From: Ostrea edulis
Lineage: Eukaryota
Reading direction: 5' to 3'
Assembly: GCF_947568905.1 (NCBI RefSeq)
Contig: NC_079167.1
Coordinates: 67,146,001-67,210,000, forward strand
DNA length: 64,000 nt
In this document: positions 63,301 to 64,000 of the stretch, one piece after another
Numbering within the stretch: the stretch's first letter is position 1
Layout: every line of letters starts with the position of its first letter
Translations under genes and position numbers: made by a program
Notes under the pieces: generated by a model
Databases searched by the model: none
Seen by the model: the letters and a program-made list of their open reading frames with translations, nothing else
What the model was told of the DNA's origin: nothing

Positions 63301-63530
63301 CAGATCTTTGTATTAGCGACATCAGAATATCAAAGTGGATCAAAGATCTGGTTTTAATCAGATTGGATTGGCCTGGACACAATTCAAAATCAAACTCTCC
63401 ACAAGTGACCTTGAACTTACTGTCTTCATCATTTCTCCAGCTCTTTTGCATTTCATATTCTTCCTCTAGAGTGAGCGGTTCTGAAGCTGTCAATATCAGG
63501 AGCTCCTCAGATTTCATCCAGTCATGGTAT
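54222..63530 (-). CDS. NAT9: N-acetyltransferase 9 (GNAT family), 5'-partial spliced CDS
   Basis: complement(join(54222..54335,54487..54581,54763..54822,59000..59080,61979..62035,63421..63530)), all GT-AG and phase-compatible. Encodes YHDWMKSEELLILTASEPLTLEEEYEMQKSW..D.DKCTFIVL..MVGDVNLFF..GEINMMIA..RRKGFGTEA..AKIGMDNQPSIKMF..VSRSDIFKELTL, colinear with human NAT9 as I recall it. First exon lies beyond 64000. Confidence 0.93.
54487..54581 (-). CDS. NAT9: NAT9 exon (G-WEKLKLQRVRAKIGMDNQPSIKMFTKYGFRE)
   Basis: Acceptor gatgcacag|GG; donor GAG|gtaagg. Confidence 0.92.
54763..54822 (-). CDS. NAT9: NAT9 exon with acetyl-CoA-binding loop (D-ESVRRKGFGTEALFLMIRY)
   Basis: Acceptor tttgtttaacag|AT; R/QxxGxG motif; donor TAC G|gtaagt. 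Confidence 0.92.
56092..56478. repeat. Compound minisatellite, 10 copies of TTCCGGTATATCGTATC core with 154-bp higher-order repeat
   Basis: Cores at 56092, 56143, 56194, 56235, 56261, 56307, 56348, 56389, 56415, 56461. Confidence 0.92.
56714..56914 (-). pseudogene. Possible LINE ORF1 remnant with internal duplication
   Basis: IYGIPENSKENT resembles the (I/F)xGIPE..EN motif of LINE ORF1 proteins; GAAAATTCTAAAGAAAACACATTA occurs twice. Confidence 0.35.
57727..58313 (+). mobile_element. 5'-truncated CR1/L2-group LINE 3' end inside a NAT9 intron (antisense to NAT9)
   Basis: KFRTLNHRLPIETGRWYGIPLNERLCTFCNKGEIGDEFHFIL is a typical ORF2 C-terminal Cys/His region; ends AATAAA (58286) + (ATTGA)n tail. 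Confidence 0.75.
59000..59080 (-). CDS. NAT9: NAT9 exon (D-AMVGDVNLFFAEETDPHSGEINMMIA)
   Basis: Acceptor ttttgtgtgtag|AT; conserved MVGDVNLF and GEI..MIA; donor GCA G|gtaatt. Confidence 0.93.
59649..60520. repeat. Head-to-tail duplication of a ~406-460-bp unit ending in the hairpin element
   Basis: TTATTATATACC..AATGTATCGTTCTTT starts at 59649 and again at 60055; the two copies align along their length. Confidence 0.75.
60360..60514. mobile_element. 155-bp near-perfect palindromic element (66-bp arms); internally deleted copy at 59932-60042
   Basis: Arms 60360-60425 and 60449-60514 differ at 3 positions; 23-nt loop. Confidence 0.75.
60695..61019. mobile_element. Short non-autonomous DNA element carrying a tRNA-like segment (60846-60919, minus strand)
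   Basis: Minus strand A box TAGCTCAGTAGG (60908-60897) and B-box variant GGTTTGAGTCC (60864-60854); weak end symmetry AAGGA..ATGCTACACC / AGAGTACCTCCTT. Confidence 0.45.
61979..62035 (-). CDS. NAT9: NAT9 exon (K-CTFIVLSKEKYDGPKTEI)
   Basis: Acceptor ttcag|AA TGT ACA TTT ATA; donor ATT G|gtaggc. Confidence 0.9.
62142..62657. mobile_element. Same MITE family, copy B, TTAA on both sides
   Basis: TTAA|AGGGACTGATTCATG ... AAACAAGTCCT|TTAA; shares long internal blocks (e.g. CTCGAGTCTT..CACATAACA..TTAAGGCTAAAA) with copy A. Confidence 0.7.
62986..63364. mobile_element. MITE with ~84-bp terminal inverted repeats in a NAT9 intron
   Basis: Arms 62986-63069 and 63281-63364 are reverse complements with ~10 mismatches. 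Confidence 0.7.
63421..63530 (-). CDS. NAT9: NAT9 exon (YHDWMKSEELLILTASEPLTLEEEYEMQKSWRNDED)
   Basis: Minus-strand acceptor tttgtattag|A, donor GAC A|gtaagt. Confidence 0.95.
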
Positions 63531-63633
63531 CTAATACAAACACAATATATTATATTAACTTGTTCTATGTCTTAAATAACTGTAAATTTTTCTTCGTAAT
63601 TTACCTTAAACAAAGCAAGGAGGCAAAGTTCTT

Positions 63634-64000
63634 TTAACAAGAGATCCATGGGCCATTGCTCACCTGTGTCACCTTGGCCCATCTTTAAAGACTTTCCTTA
63701 AAAATTCGCAGTTCAAACTTTGATCCCCTATTGTGGCCCCATCCTATCCTCAGGGGCCATGATTTTTACAAACTTCAATCTGCACTACGTCAGGAAGCTT
63801 TCATGTGAATGTTAACTTCTTTGGCCCAGTGGTTCTTGAGAAGATTTTTAAGGATTTTCCCTATATACTTGTATGTAACACTTTGATCCCCTATTGTGGC
63901 CCCATCCCCCCCCCTCCCCCCGGGGGGGGACATAATTTTAACAAACTTAAATCTGCACTATGTCAGGAAACTTTCCTGTAAATGTAAACCTCTCTACCTC
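63634..64000. mobile_element. Helentron-associated (HINE-like) element carrying Cg170-like satellite units, truncated by window end
   Basis: Starts AACAAGAGATCCATGGGCCATTGCTCACCTG after a T run; TGATCCCCTATTGTGGCCCC recurs at 63721 and 63884 (163-bp period), close to the ~166-bp oyster Cg170 monomer as I recall it. Confidence 0.65.

Overview
AT-rich, intron-rich animal genomic DNA. It is most likely a bivalve (Crassostrea/Magallana-type oyster), inferred from a Cg170-like ~163-bp satellite in a Helentron-type element and other repeat families. Two convergent genes can be reconstructed by hand from splice signals and reading phase. (1) A complete Pax2/5/8 gene on + (167-29200) has a paired domain in exons 2-3, the octapeptide YTITGILG in exon 4, and a Pax2/5/8-type C-terminus ending ...W.MRY..P.GILNTPYYY. 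One isoform joins to 1632 nt (543 aa + stop). (2) The last six coding exons of NAT9 lie on - (54222-63530); its 5' exon is outside the window. The ~25-kb interval between them and the NAT9 introns hold a full-length but dead mariner, a Crypton-like tyrosine recombinase remnant, Penelope-like and CR1/L2-type LINE 3' ends, SINE/tRNA-derived pieces, MITEs and minisatellites. The most interesting signals are in the Pax2/5/8 architecture: four candidate alternative first coding exons that all splice in phase onto the paired box, a GC-AG intron inside the paired box, and a minisatellite that copies the exon-5 splice donor six times. The gene also lacks a recognisable partial homeodomain, has four consecutive frame-symmetric C-terminal exons, a GATA-site cluster in intron 9, and four 8mer seed sites for conserved miRNAs in the presumed 3' UTR. 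I found no convincing wholly novel enzyme system. All models are manual and lack transcript support, and repeat-family names are from memory, not database searches.
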